Positions 1-10,600 of a stretch of DNA of 64,000 nt are shown here, one piece after another. The notes beneath the pieces were generated by a model. That model saw only the letters and a program-made list of their open reading frames with translations. It did no database searches and was not told the origin of the DNA. Both the position numbers and the translations under genes were made by a program. The stretch covers positions 160,001-224,000 of the forward strand of contig CAVOKF010000007.1 of the NCBI GenBank assembly GCA_963696385.1, in the 5' to 3' direction. The stretch is from an uncultured delta proteobacterium (GTDB lineage: Bacteria; Myxococcota_A; Polyangia; Polyangiales; Polyangiaceae). Position 1 is the first letter of the stretch, and each line of letters opens with the position of its first letter.

Positions 1-554
1 CGCTGCAATCGCGGACCCTCGGCGTACCGCTCACGGGAGCCCTGAAGGGTCATCGCAAGATCGTCCTGACCGACGGCGGTGTCCTCGAAAACCTCGGGGT
101 GCAAACGCTTCTGCGAAGCGACCGATTCGGCGCCCGGGACATCGTCCGCAGCGATGCGGGGACGGCCGATCAGTCCTGGCAACCGAGTTGGCTCGGCAAT
201 CTGACGAACTTTGCGGCCTTTGCGCTCACGGCCGATACGCTCGCGCAGCTCGTGTCCGTCATGAACACCAAGCAGAATCGGTCGATGCGCGAGCTTGCCG
301 TTCAGGAAATCGGTGCCGTCGATCCGCCCGAGGGCGGTCGCTGCTTGCTTTTCGTGCGCATCGACCAGACATGGGATCGCTTCGTTCGCGACATCCCGTC
401 GCATCGCTTGCGTCAGCTGGGCGGCGGTGCGGGGCTACCCGCGAGCGACTCGGTGCAGGCGCGCGAGGCCTTCCTCGCCAAGGTCGGCGTGGACCTCGCT
501 CCGGCGAAACAGAAGTTCGTGGCGATGGGGGGCGAGCCGGCCGTCGCGCGCGCG
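1..554 (+). pseudogene. Patatin-like phospholipase, part upstream of the IS66 insertion (gene begins before the window)
   Basis: Open frame from the window start reads KIVLTDGGVLENLG (patatin DGG motif) and runs into the IS66 left IR at 555. Confidence 0.7.
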
Positions 555-615
555 GTAACCGTCCGGCCGGGCCCGCACTTGATTTAGGGGCAGAAAGCGC
601 GGTGCGATCGGGGGC

Positions 616-936
616 GTGGGACGCGAGCGTCGGTCGCGAGTCTGGTGGTCAAGCCGAGTGGCGCGTTGGCGGCGCAGCGGGCTTACGGCGCGGCAATTCG
701 CAGAGAGCGAAGGGCTTTCGGTGTTCTCGCTTCGGTGGTGGTCGAGCCAGTTGGCTCGTGATAACCGTGCGGAGCACGGTGCGTCGGCGATCGAGCCGAT
801 CGAGATCACCGTCGAGGGGCGTCAGGCCGGCCGCGAACTGGTCGAAGTCGTGGTCGGCGCGGCGACGATCCGCTGCGAGCGGGGGACGGACGTCGGATAC
901 ATTGCGGCGCTGGTTCGTGCGATCGCGGGTGCATGA
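616..936 (+). CDS. tnpA: IS66 accessory protein TnpA
   Basis: W...VARWRRSGLTARQFAESEGLS...LRWW HTH signature; overlaps tnpB. Confidence 0.9.
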   Translation: MGRERRSRVWWSSRVARWRRSGLTARQFAESEGLSVFSLRWWSSQLARDNRAEHGASAIEPIEITVEGRQAGRELVEVVVGAATIRCERGTDVGYIAALVRAIAGA

Positions 937-1298
937 CGGTGTTCGGTTTCTCGCCTCACGTTCGCGTGTACCTCGCGTCGCAGCCGGTCGACATGCGTGC
1001 AGGCCACGACAGTCTGTTCGCGATCGTGAAGAGCTGGGACCTGAATCCGTTCAGCGGGGACCTGTTTGCGTTCGTTGGGAAACGACGAGACCGGGTGAAG
1101 ATTTTGGTGTGGCACCGCGGGGGATTTTTATTGGTCTACAAGCGGTTGGAAAGAAATCGATTTCGGATCCCTGCGATCCAGCCGGGAACGCGGACGGCGA
1201 TGCTCGATGCGACGCAGCTGGCGATGTTGCTCGATGGCATCGACGTCCAACACGTTCAACGCCCCGCGCTGTGGCAGCCTCCGGGTCTGGCGCGCTGA
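933..1298 (+). CDS. tnpB: IS66 accessory protein TnpB
   Basis: PVDMRAGHDSL, DLFAFVGKRRDRVKIL and YKRLE motifs. Confidence 0.95.
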   Translation: MTVFGFSPHVRVYLASQPVDMRAGHDSLFAIVKSWDLNPFSGDLFAFVGKRRDRVKILVWHRGGFLLVYKRLERNRFRIPAIQPGTRTAMLDATQLAMLLDGIDVQHVQRPALWQPPGLAR

Positions 1299-1405
1299 GC
1301 CCCGTCGCGGCCCTGTGTGTCCATTGGACACTTTGTCGCTGAAATCGTCGTCGGCCCCCACGCTAAGCCTTTTAATCTGCGCGGCGATGGTGCACGAAAA
1401 GGATC

Positions 1406-3010
1406 GTGGTTGATGCACGAGACGTCCGCATCGCGAAGCTTGTGGAGCTGCGCAAGCGCGCCGAAGAGCGTGAGCGACAACTGGGCGAGATCGTCGCGCA
1501 GCAGCAGACGCTGATCGCTGCGCAGCAGCAACTCATCGCCGAGCTGCAGCGTCGACTGTCCGAGCAAGATGCGCAGCAGAAGGCGCGCGCCGAAGAGATG
1601 AAGGCCGAGATCGACCGGCTGGAGCGGCAACTGTTGGGCCCGAAGACCGAGCGGACCCACGTTCCGCCGATCGACGCCGAGCTTCGCAACACCGAACCGA
1701 TGACCGACGAAGAGCGCGCGCGCCGTCGCGAAGAGATTGCACGCAAGCGACGCGAACGCGCACTCGCGAAGAACGCCGCGATGGCCGTCGAGGAGGTCGA
1801 GTACCCGGTACCCGAATCGATGAAGCCGTGCGCTCATTGTGGCGGCGTGCATGCGCGAGCTCTCGAGCCCGAGCAGAGCACGACGTACGAGTACAAGCCG
1901 GGTCACTTCATCCGTCGTGTGCACAAGCGGCAGAAGCTCGCATGCAGCTGCGGCCAGTCCATCGTGACGGCGCCGCCGCCTCCGAAGCTCGTCGTCGGTG
2001 GACAGTACGGCTTCGGGTTCGCCGCATTCCTCATCGTGGAGAAGTGCGCCGACTCGATTCCCATTCATCGCATTGAGAAACGATTCGGCCGACTTGGGAT
2101 CCCAATCTCGCGCAGCACGATGAACGATCTCGTTCACAAGGCTGCCGAGATTGTTCGACCGCTCGTCGCTCGACTGCAGACGCGAATCGCGGCTCTCGAA
2201 GTCGTGCTCGCCGACGAGACCTCGATGCGCTTGCAGGACCGTCCCAAGCGCGGCTTTGTCTGGGTGTTTCACGGTCACGATGAAGTCAGCGGCGGCAAGC
2301 TTGTTCTGTATGCCTTCGCCGTCGATCGAAGCGGCGACACGCCGGCGAAGATCCTCGGTGGCACTCGCGGCACTCTCGTGGTGGACGGATACACGGGGTA
2401 CAACCAGGTGACCGACCCGCTCGGACGCGCGCGCGGCGGATGCTGGAGCCACATGCGCAGAAAGCTCTTCGAGGCGCGCTCCACCCGTGCGGCCGAGGAC
2501 ATCGACCCCGCGCTCGGGATCATCCGCGAGATCTTTCGTGTCGAACACGACGCGACCGAGCAGAAGATCGTCCGCACTCCGGCCCATCTCGAGCTGCGAA
2601 ATGCGCGTAGCGCTCCGCTGGTCGAGCAATTCTTTCAGTGGGCCGAACACAAGAAGGTCGAGGTCCTTCCGAAGGGCCCGCTCGGCGAGGCGCTCGGTTA
2701 CGCGATTAACCAACGCGCTCGACTCGAGCTTTTCTTGTCGGATCCGCGTATTCCGATGCACAACAACGGCTCAGAGTCCCGCTTACGCGTTATTGCTCTG
2801 GCTCGCCATACGTACCTTTTCTTCGGACATCCACTCGCGGGCAAAAACTTCGCGGGGCTCTACTCGCTCGTCGGCTCCTGCATCGCCAACGAAGTCGAGC
2901 CGACGGAGTATCTCACCGACGTACTTGCGCGAGTCCGCGACGCAACGACCGACGAGCAGCTCGACGCGCTGCTACCCGATCGGTGGGCGCCCCACGGTCC
3001 AGCGCCCTGA
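1406..3010 (+). CDS. tnpC: IS66 DDE transposase TnpC
   Basis: Coiled coil, CxxC zinc finger, ADET, VDGYTGY, CWSHMRRK, NNGSE and C-terminal YLTDVL...LLPDRW. Confidence 0.95.
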   Translation: MVDARDVRIAKLVELRKRAEERERQLGEIVAQQQTLIAAQQQLIAELQRRLSEQDAQQKARAEEMKAEIDRLERQLLGPKTERTHVPPIDAELRNTEPMTDEERARRREEIARKRRERALAKNAAMAVEEVEYPVPESMKPCAHCGGVHARALEPEQSTTYEYKPGHFIRRVHKRQKLACSCGQSIVTAPPPPKLVVGGQYGFGFAAFLIVEKCADSIPIHRIEKRFGRLGIPISRSTMNDLVHKAAEIVRPLVARLQTRIAALEVVLADETSMRLQDRPKRGFVWVFHGHDEVSGGKLVLYAFAVDRSGDTPAKILGGTRGTLVVDGYTGYNQVTDPLGRARGGCWSHMRRKLFEARSTRAAEDIDPALGIIREIFRVEHDATEQKIVRTPAHLELRNARSAPLVEQFFQWAEHKKVEVLPKGPLGEALGYAINQRARLELFLSDPRIPMHNNGSESRLRVIALARHTYLFFGHPLAGKNFAGLYSLVGSCIANEVEPTEYLTDVLARVRDATTDEQLDALLPDRWAPHGPAP

Positions 3011-3383
3011 ACCACTGGGGCGCAGCGCAACTCCCGCAATCCCCGAACGCGTCGCGCGTCGTCACGTCGATGCAGAGTGTCGCGCGAGTCCGCGACGCGA
3101 CCCCAGCACGACGTGCCGCTATCCATACGAGCGCAGCGCCTCGCCTCTGCCCCCTGAACCACTGGCCTGAAGTCGCCAAGCATGGTCGCGCTCTGTTGCG
3201 GCCGCGGCAACGACGTCAACGCGACGATGCTCTTGGCGTGCTCGCCAACAATCGCGACGAGTACTGGGACAAGAAGCTCGCCGCCGATACTTGGCAGGGG
3301 CCTCATCGCCGGAAAGGCCCGCCCCCTGAACCATTCTTGGACTCAGGTCAACAGCGGGGCGCGCCGGACGCTTACCGCGCGCG

Positions 3384-3509
3384 AACGCCGTCGGAACGAA
3401 TTTCACGGGTCTTTCCCGTGAAGACTGCCAGGTGCTCGACGCGCACTCCGAGTGGCAAGTGTATGCGGCACACGCGGTTTACGGACCGTTATGCGGCGAG
3501 CGGCGATGA
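3384..3509 (+). pseudogene. 3' end of the IS66-interrupted patatin-like gene
   Basis: Removing the IS and one direct repeat restores the frame: ...AVARA|NAVGTNFTGLSREDCQVLDAHSEWQVYAAHAVYGPLCGERR* (TGA 3507-3509). Confidence 0.7.
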
Positions 3510-3546
3510 GTCCACGCCGGCCTGCCCTCCACGCGTTCGGGCGCGC

Positions 3547-5634
3547 TCACCGAGACGTGCGGAGCGGGCACACGCCCCCCGATTTGCGGTACTCGCGCTG
3601 CACGGCCGCCACAAGGTGCCCGTCGGCCATCGGCGTCCGCTCGCCGAACGCGAGCACCTGAGCGTGGAGTACCGCGTTGCGGATCTGCCCCCCGGTTAGC
3701 TGACATCGGCTGGCAACCTCCCGAAGCAGAGGCAGCGACGCGGCGTGAGCGGGCGGCAGGTGCGTCTGCCAAAGCCGAAACCGCTCGGCGACGTCCGGTG
3801 CGTGGAAGTCGACGACGACGTCCATCCGCCGTTGGAACGCGGTATCGATGTGGTCGCCGGCGTTCGTGGTGACCACGACGATTCCCTCGAACGTCTCCAG
3901 GCGCTGCAAGAGGAAGTTCGTCTCGAGGTTGGCGTAGCGGTCCGTCGAACTCTGCACCCCCGTGCGGCGCGCGAGCAGCGCGTCCCCCTCATCGAGAAGA
4001 AGCACGACGTCGAGCTCCTCGGCGAGTTCGAACACGCGCCCGAGGTTCTTCTCGGTCTCTCCGATGTATTTGTTGACGACCGACGAGACGTCGAGTCGAT
4101 AAAGATCCTTGCCGAGTGTCGAAGCGAGGATTCTGGCCGCGAACGTCTTTCCTGTGCCGCTCGGGCCCTGAAAGAGAACGCGAAGGCCGCCGCCGACCTT
4201 CGATCCGAAGGCAGCGCCGAGGTTCTGGCCGAGCTCTTCGCGAGCGCGACAGCGGACCGTAAGCTGATCGAGCTCGCCGCGCGTCTCCGCGCTGACCGAC
4301 AGGTCCCCCCAATCGCCTCCGACATCGAGCCGCGACGCCAGCGTCTCGAGCGCCTGGCGGTGCAGAGACCGGGCGGCCAAGCGGACATCCGCAACTGTGA
4401 CGGGGGGGTCCGTCACGGGGGGCGATAGGGCACCCCTCGAGCGCTCCGCCACGCCGGGAGCGGCGCCCGCCGGTCGGCGCGCCAGGAGTGCGTACGACCG
4501 AGCCATGCGGGCCACCGTCCGAAGGTTGCCGCTCGCCATTCGAAACGCCGTAGCAAGATCGTCGACCGACTCGGCCTGCGCCGGCAGCACCGCGCGCCAG
4601 TGTTCGCGCCGCTCGGCGGGGCTCGGCAGGTCCAGCGTGATCGCAATCGCTCGCTCGACGGCGGTGCCCGTCACGCCCCCCTGTCGCCCCGTCACGACGA
4701 ATATGGGACCGGCGTACGCGCCCGGTCGCTCCAGGTCCACCGACTCTCCGGGCGCGAGGTCCAAGACGACAACCGGCACCGCACCCAGCAGCGTGCAGAG
4801 CGACCCGGCGGTGCGAAGCCGCCTCTCCTCGGGCTTGCCGATCGAGTCGATCTCGAGGACCCCGGCGCAGAGCGCGCAGGCGAGGGCACCGGCGACCGTG
4901 CGTCGGCCGTTGTGTCGTGGGCCCCGGACGATGACGCCCGCGACCTCGCTCGCGGCCAGGAGCTCCGGCAAGCGTTCGATAAGCTCTCGAGCCGCGGGCG
5001 CCAGGACGAGCGCGTCGAGCGACGTGAGCGACGAGGCCGACCGGTACCGAGCCCACGGCAGCGGCGTCTCCGATGCCTCGCCGCGCATCGCGTCCCAGAT
5101 CGGCGCCGCGACTTGCAGGCCCCACTGAGCGCGCGCTGCGTCCAGGTTCGACGTCGTGACCAGCCCGAGTTCGCCGAGCCTGCGAAGGGCCGCGCGCACG
5201 CCCGGAGTTCCGCGACGGGCCGCCCAGTCGTGGAGCAGCCCCGCCGTCGGGCGCTGCTGGCCCGCGATGCCGTGGAGCGCCTCGAAGACGAATCCGAAGC
5301 GAGCGTCCTCGTCGGCGAGGCCGATCATCGCGAGCAGGACAAGGTCGTCGATCTCCAGACCCGCTGCGCGACGGAGGTTGGCGATCGGCAACGGAACAGA
5401 GGCCCACGCCTCGAAGATCGCGATCGCCGAGAGGCAGTCGTCCCGCGTCGCGAGGCCGCTCCGGGAAAGATCCGCCGCGTAGCCCGAGAGAAAGGCGAAC
5501 TGGCGCTCGACGAGATCGCGAGAGCCGATCGTCGCGTCGAGGTGCAGAAGCAGAGAGTGAACGGCCCCGAGGAAGAAGAGGCGGAAGTGCTCTTCGGGAA
5601 GGGATACGGAAGTGGGTTTAGGCAAAACGTTCAC
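3547..5634 (-). CDS. eCIS AAA+ ATPase (Afp15/Pvc15-like)
   Basis: Walker A GPSGTGKT, Walker B LLLDEGD, KYIGETEKNL and RYANLETNFLLQRLE; degenerate first AAA domain (GPRHNGRRT). Confidence 0.92.
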   Translation of the reverse strand: MNVLPKPTSVSLPEEHFRLFFLGAVHSLLLHLDATIGSRDLVERQFAFLSGYAADLSRSGLATRDDCLSAIAIFEAWASVPLPIANLRRAAGLEIDDLVLLAMIGLADEDARFGFVFEALHGIAGQQRPTAGLLHDWAARRGTPGVRAALRRLGELGLVTTSNLDAARAQWGLQVAAPIWDAMRGEASETPLPWARYRSASSLTSLDALVLAPAARELIERLPELLAASEVAGVIVRGPRHNGRRTVAGALACALCAGVLEIDSIGKPEERRLRTAGSLCTLLGAVPVVVLDLAPGESVDLERPGAYAGPIFVVTGRQGGVTGTAVERAIAITLDLPSPAERREHWRAVLPAQAESVDDLATAFRMASGNLRTVARMARSYALLARRPAGAAPGVAERSRGALSPPVTDPPVTVADVRLAARSLHRQALETLASRLDVGGDWGDLSVSAETRGELDQLTVRCRAREELGQNLGAAFGSKVGGGLRVLFQGPSGTGKTFAARILASTLGKDLYRLDVSSVVNKYIGETEKNLGRVFELAEELDVVLLLDEGDALLARRTGVQSSTDRYANLETNFLLQRLETFEGIVVVTTNAGDHIDTAFQRRMDVVVDFHAPDVAERFRLWQTHLPPAHAASLPLLREVASRCQLTGGQIRNAVLHAQVLAFGERTPMADGHLVAAVQREYRKSGGVCPLRTSR

Positions 5635-7616
5635 AGTCCAAGGTCCGTGTGAGGCAGCTTGCCGTTAAAGACCAGCGCCGCAGCCGAGACATTGGAAGTG
5701 CCGTGGAGCAGATGGCTTGTTCGCGAAAGCAACAAAGCATCCACGACAACTTCTCTCGCGCCAAGCCCATACCCGAAATGGGTAGGGCGGCCGTCGTGGG
5801 ATCGACGAGCCGATGTGTGGATCACCCTGTCGCCGTAGGTTGTCTTCATTCGATCGAGAAAGCGCCCGCAGTCAGTTGCGACGAAGACCCGAAGCTCAGG
5901 TCGCGTCGAGATCTGAGCGTCTACCAAAGCCTTGTAGCGGTCGAACGAAGGAGGTATGGCCTCTCCGATTTTGTCGGTGCCCCGGTAGTGGACTCCAATC
6001 ACCGCGCGACCCGCGAACTCGCGCGCAAAGTAGTCGTCCACCTGCGACCGCACCTCTCGGCGCGGATGAATGTAGCGCTCGACAAGGCTCGCAGAAATCT
6101 CACGTTGTCGATTGTTTATGCGCCCGCCATACCCGATGTCCTCCGAAAGGTAGTCGGCGCGCACGACCGCTCGGTCCGCTAGCTTCCGTTGCAGCGTGGG
6201 CGCGTCGAGCGCCTCCAGTGCGACGGGATCCGGATAAATGTCTTCGATGCCGAGACCAAAGACGGGGAGGAATGAATACTCCCATGCGTTTCGAGCGCCA
6301 TTTTGTCCAGCGTCGTCCCAGTAACAAACGTGTCGGTTTAGGTAAACCACCGGGATCAACCCATCGCGCTCCGCCAACTGGAGGTGGCCAAGGACCTGAA
6401 AAAACATGGAAAACATGCCGCAGCCCGGCCGAGCCGCGCTAACCAGAACGCAAGCGTGGCTATTGGCGGGACCCTCCGGATGCGGCGCTTGGCGCTCGCG
6501 GCCCGAGGACTCCCCGGCTCGTGACAGGCGCTTGGCCACCAGCATCACTTGCGTCGGAAAGGTCACCCGATCGCCTGCGGCGCCGTGCAGGGAGAACACC
6601 TCAAATGAGGTGTTGGCAGCAGTAGGCAACGGAATGATCGCTGTCCGATGTCCTAATGAAGCAAGTTGCCGGATCATAGCCTGGCCTCCGTCCCACTCGG
6701 TGCCGCACAGGACGAAGAGCGTTCCTGAGGTCCGAAACTCGACCACAACAGGCGAGACTCGCGACGCCACGACCTGCGTGAACCACTTTCCCAGTAGAGG
6801 GCCCGGGACGGCTCGGAACGGCCGAAGGGTGTTGCAGTGGGAAGAGACGCCAGGGAGCAAGCGCTCGATCAAATACCCCATGGTCTCGCTAAAGGTCACC
6901 TCAGCGCAGGCATCGGCACCGAGCTCGGACGTAGGACGTGGGGGAGAAGTCGCGATATAGTCCTGAATGAAACGCGCTTCGACCTCGCGTACGGGTCCGG
7001 TCAATCGCCGGCCCTCGTCATGCCGCACGCCGCTTAGGTGCAGGTGGTGCATTCGCACCGATCGCGAGGGGTTCTCCAGCGCTAGGCCAGCAGCACCGGC
7101 CTCGTAAGCGAGGCGGTTCTCACAACCCGGCAAGCCGAGATGCCAATCGCTCGGGAAGCTTGGAAGCGGCGTCTGGAAGATCCAAGCGTCCTGGCTCCAT
7201 GGGTGCTCGAAGAAGACCGCGCTCCCGTCGGACTGAACATCCCAGCGTGAAAGGCACAGAAGCTTCCCCCCGAGGTTGAACCCCTCGAGCAACGCAAGCG
7301 TGTGATCGAAGTAGATGTCATTGTTGGCAAGGATCACTCTTCGGTCCGGAAGCCACCGGTTCGCGTGCGCGAAAAGATCGTGATAGGTGAGCCGCCGTCC
7401 ATGGTGCACGAGCCGTGCTTTGGGGTCGCGGAGCACCGGGTAGGCCTTCACGTCGACAGGCTCCTCTAGAAACACGTGCACCTCTGCGATGTGCTCGGTC
7501 GCAAGGTTGCGCCGCAGGCAATCCACGAACTCCTCCGTACGTGCGGCGGATCGGTCCGGATAGAAACCAACCAGCAGGGCAAACTCAAAAAAGGGCATGC
7601 GTTGCCCACTTCCCAT
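5631..7616 (-). CDS. Multi-domain glycosyltransferase: N-terminal GT-A-like domain plus C-terminal NodZ/GT23-like fucosyltransferase
   Basis: N-terminal ILANNDIYFD, LSRW, SQDAWIF, GCENR. C-terminal IGVHYRGTDK, VFVATD, DALLLSRT...GTSNVS. Stop codon overlaps the ATPase GTG start. Confidence 0.75.
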   Translation of the reverse strand: MGSGQRMPFFEFALLVGFYPDRSAARTEEFVDCLRRNLATEHIAEVHVFLEEPVDVKAYPVLRDPKARLVHHGRRLTYHDLFAHANRWLPDRRVILANNDIYFDHTLALLEGFNLGGKLLCLSRWDVQSDGSAVFFEHPWSQDAWIFQTPLPSFPSDWHLGLPGCENRLAYEAGAAGLALENPSRSVRMHHLHLSGVRHDEGRRLTGPVREVEARFIQDYIATSPPRPTSELGADACAEVTFSETMGYLIERLLPGVSSHCNTLRPFRAVPGPLLGKWFTQVVASRVSPVVVEFRTSGTLFVLCGTEWDGGQAMIRQLASLGHRTAIIPLPTAANTSFEVFSLHGAAGDRVTFPTQVMLVAKRLSRAGESSGRERQAPHPEGPANSHACVLVSAARPGCGMFSMFFQVLGHLQLAERDGLIPVVYLNRHVCYWDDAGQNGARNAWEYSFLPVFGLGIEDIYPDPVALEALDAPTLQRKLADRAVVRADYLSEDIGYGGRINNRQREISASLVERYIHPRREVRSQVDDYFAREFAGRAVIGVHYRGTDKIGEAIPPSFDRYKALVDAQISTRPELRVFVATDCGRFLDRMKTTYGDRVIHTSARRSHDGRPTHFGYGLGAREVVVDALLLSRTSHLLHGTSNVSAAALVFNGKLPHTDLGL

Positions 7617-7663
7617 TCCTCGGAGCTCTCCGCATTGTCATCCCGTCTCCGGCACCTTGTTTC

Positions 7664-10600
7664 TCATTTCTTGACTTCGTACGTCTCGAGAGCTTCGTCG
7701 ATTTGGTTGTTTACTGCTTTCTTACTAAACAAAGGCGTTAGAGCGCCTGTCTTCGTATCTATCTCATCTGCGCTGCAGACCATCGCAGAGGGGACGAAAG
7801 CCTCCTGATCGATGATCTTATCGACAATGTCCGCCTTTTTTCTTATTCCCGGATTGAGTGAGTTTTTTGCGTATGCGGCTGTTCGCGCTCTGTCATAACG
7901 AGGCACTACTTCATATCTAATGACCTTTTTCTCATCAAGGACTTTTCTTTTGACCAGCTGTTCCACCTGTATCAAGTGTTGAGCGTTCCCGCTTCGGGAA
8001 AGCGGTGTAAGATTGTTCCACGTATTTCCAGGACCATGCAGTAAACGATTGAGAAGATGACCCAAAACATAGTAACTTCCGTCCTTGTTTCTGCGCAGAT
8101 TCAGAATGTCGAAATTCTCGTTGCTCACGGAGGGGGTACTCCCAGGTGGTCCTTTCTTGGTAAGCCTGAGAACCAACATCGACGTTGCGTAGCCGTGGCT
8201 AGTCAGGCCGCCAAACTGCGGCGCAGTCGACTCGAGGAGCCCACCGAAGATGGAGGGCAGGATACCAGTCAGCACCTCGAGCTTCGTTTGAATTGCCGCC
8301 TTGATCGTCGCCGCTTCATCGTCTTTCAGCGATTTGGACGCTTGCGATCGAATCAGCTTCTCGAGTTCCGTAACGACTTGCAGTGCGCGGACGATCGCCG
8401 GTGAAGACGGTTGCCCCTCGAGCATGGCTCGGAGGCTTCCCGGCGCCTTGCTTGCCATCATGATCTGCGCGCTGCCCGGAGCTCCAGCGACGGAGAGCTC
8501 ATGGCTTTCGTCGTCGATCGTAAGCGACTTGCGGGCGCGCCACCACGCTGCCACCGCCCCTGCTGTAGAGTGTCCCAGGTTTAGGAAGAACGCGTTCGCC
8601 TTTCCAACAATCCACTGGACGGCCGTTTCAAGCGCCTTTTCAACTCGTTCCTGCAGCGCCTTGATCTTCGCGACGATGAAGTCCGTCACGCCCCCGAGGC
8701 CCGCGATCCGCGCTAGGAAGCTGATCACCAGCGTCAGCAGCCCGCTCAGCGTTGACTCCACTCGCGCGGCGGCCGCGCCAATCGCACCCGAGGCAATGGC
8801 GGCGATCGAGTCGATGAACGCAGCCACGACGGCGGCGATCTGCTTCAGGCGCTCGACGAAGAACATGACCGTGTTGTAAATGCCGATGATCGCTTGGATG
8901 AAGGCGCCCACGGGGCTTAGGAGCGAGAGGAGCTTGGTGACGGCCGCCTTCACGACCTTCTCTTCGACGAATCCGAGGATCGCCGAGAGGACCATGTCCT
9001 TCAGGTCGCCGAGCTTGTCCTTGATGACCTCCCACGCCGCCGCGGGCCCGCCCTTGACCAGCGCAACGACGACGTCGAAGCCCGTCTCCATGGCCTTCAT
9101 GATCGTCTCGCCGGTCGGGCCGAGCGCCTTGACGATCATCGCGCGAATCTTGGTCCAGGTGATCCCGAGTACGCTGAGGACGAACTTGCCGATCTCGGCC
9201 AGCGACAGCGCCTGCGGAATGTAGATGCCCGCGCCGCTTAGGGCGCCGGTGAGCCACCCGACGAGCGACGTCTTGAGGTGCGTTCCAAAGTTGGCCGCGA
9301 ACTGCTGGAAGCCGAGTTTGGCGGCGGCCACCAGGTGGCCAGCAAAGGCGATCGGATTCTGGAGGATGGTGTGGAGCGCCCCTCCCGCCTTCTTCAAGTA
9401 AGGCATCACCGCCGGGGCGACGACGTCGAAGATGATCTCCAGGAGGTTCCAGATCGTCCCGCCCGCCCAGGTAATGAACCGCGCGGCAAAGCCGCCGAAC
9501 ACCGCGCCGACCTTGGCGAACGCCCGCGGCACCAGGACGAGGTCGGCGATCTCCAGTGACTTCAAAGCCTGCAGGAACAGAGTCGGCACTTGTCGCACGA
9601 AGCCCAAGAGGTTGTTGAGTGCCGTTTGGAACCAGGCCCAGGCGCGCGCGACGGCGTGGCCCTTCTGGATGTTCTGCCAGATCTCTTCCTGGCCGATCAT
9701 CTTCATGAAGCCGCCGATTAATGTCTCGGCGTTGCGCGGGACCGCCTCCCCCGTGATCGGATTCTTCCCCAGTACGGCGCAGAGCAGATCCCACCCCGCA
9801 CTCTTCGACGCGAGTTCCGCCAAAGGTTGCAGGATGGCATCCTTGACGAAGTGAAGGATGCCGTCGACGAGCCCCTTGCCGAACGCGATGATCTGGTCGA
9901 TCGGCGTCGTGAAGATCGCGACGGCGCGGTTCCAGACGCCCTCCATGTTGAAGACGTCGGACAAGTGGAGCGACTCGATGAAGTCGCTCAACGCTTTCTT
10001 GATGGCACTCCAACTGAGGCCGAGCGAATCGATCTGGCTGCTGATCCAGGTTCCGACCTTGTCGAGGATGCCGTAGGCGTCGAGCGCTTGGGTGATGAGG
10101 GCGCCGCCGGGGAGAAGCTCGATGACGGCGCGCAGGACGTTCGCGGCGGAGCGATCGACCTGGCGAAGATTGATGGGGTTTTTGCCCAGGACGACGGTGA
10201 GCATCCGGAAGCCGGGGACGTCGTTGGCCTTGTTGGCGATCCAGTCGAGGGCATCGTCCTTGCCGAAGCGCTGAATGCCGACGTCGGTTGTGCGCTGGCA
10301 GACGGTGAAGGGGCCCCCCTGCAGCGCGGCGGCGGCGGCTTGACGGGCCTCGCGCTCGTAATGGTCGGCGGCGTCGCGCGAGAGCCTCTGGACGGCGTGA
10401 ACGGCGCCGCGCTGCTGGATGACGTGGGCGACCTCGTGAGCCAAAAGAGCGACGTCGCTGGGGCTCTCGCCGGGACCGAGAAAGATGTGGCGGCCGTGGG
10501 CAAAGGCGCGGGCGCCGACGGCGGTCGCGGCCTTGTGCGCTTTGGCATCGGAGCTCACACGCACGTCGCCGAGTGTGACGCCGAAGGTCGCCTCCAGACG

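Larger units (their letters stand above)
555..3375 (+). mobile_element. Complete IS66-family insertion sequence (2821 bp)
   Basis: Left IR GTAACCGTCCGGCCGGGCCCGC (555-576) matches the reverse complement of the right end GTAAGCGTCCGGCGCGCCCCGC (3354-3375) at 18/22. Direct repeats CGCGCGCG at 547-554 and 3376-3383. tnpA-tnpB-tnpC gene order. Confidence 0.97.

Noticed and set aside
3005..3333. Possible CRISPR-like array (three CCCTGAACCA repeats)
   Set aside because: Repeats are only 10-14 bp, spacers ~140-160 bp, no cas genes, and the units resemble tnpC 3' duplications.
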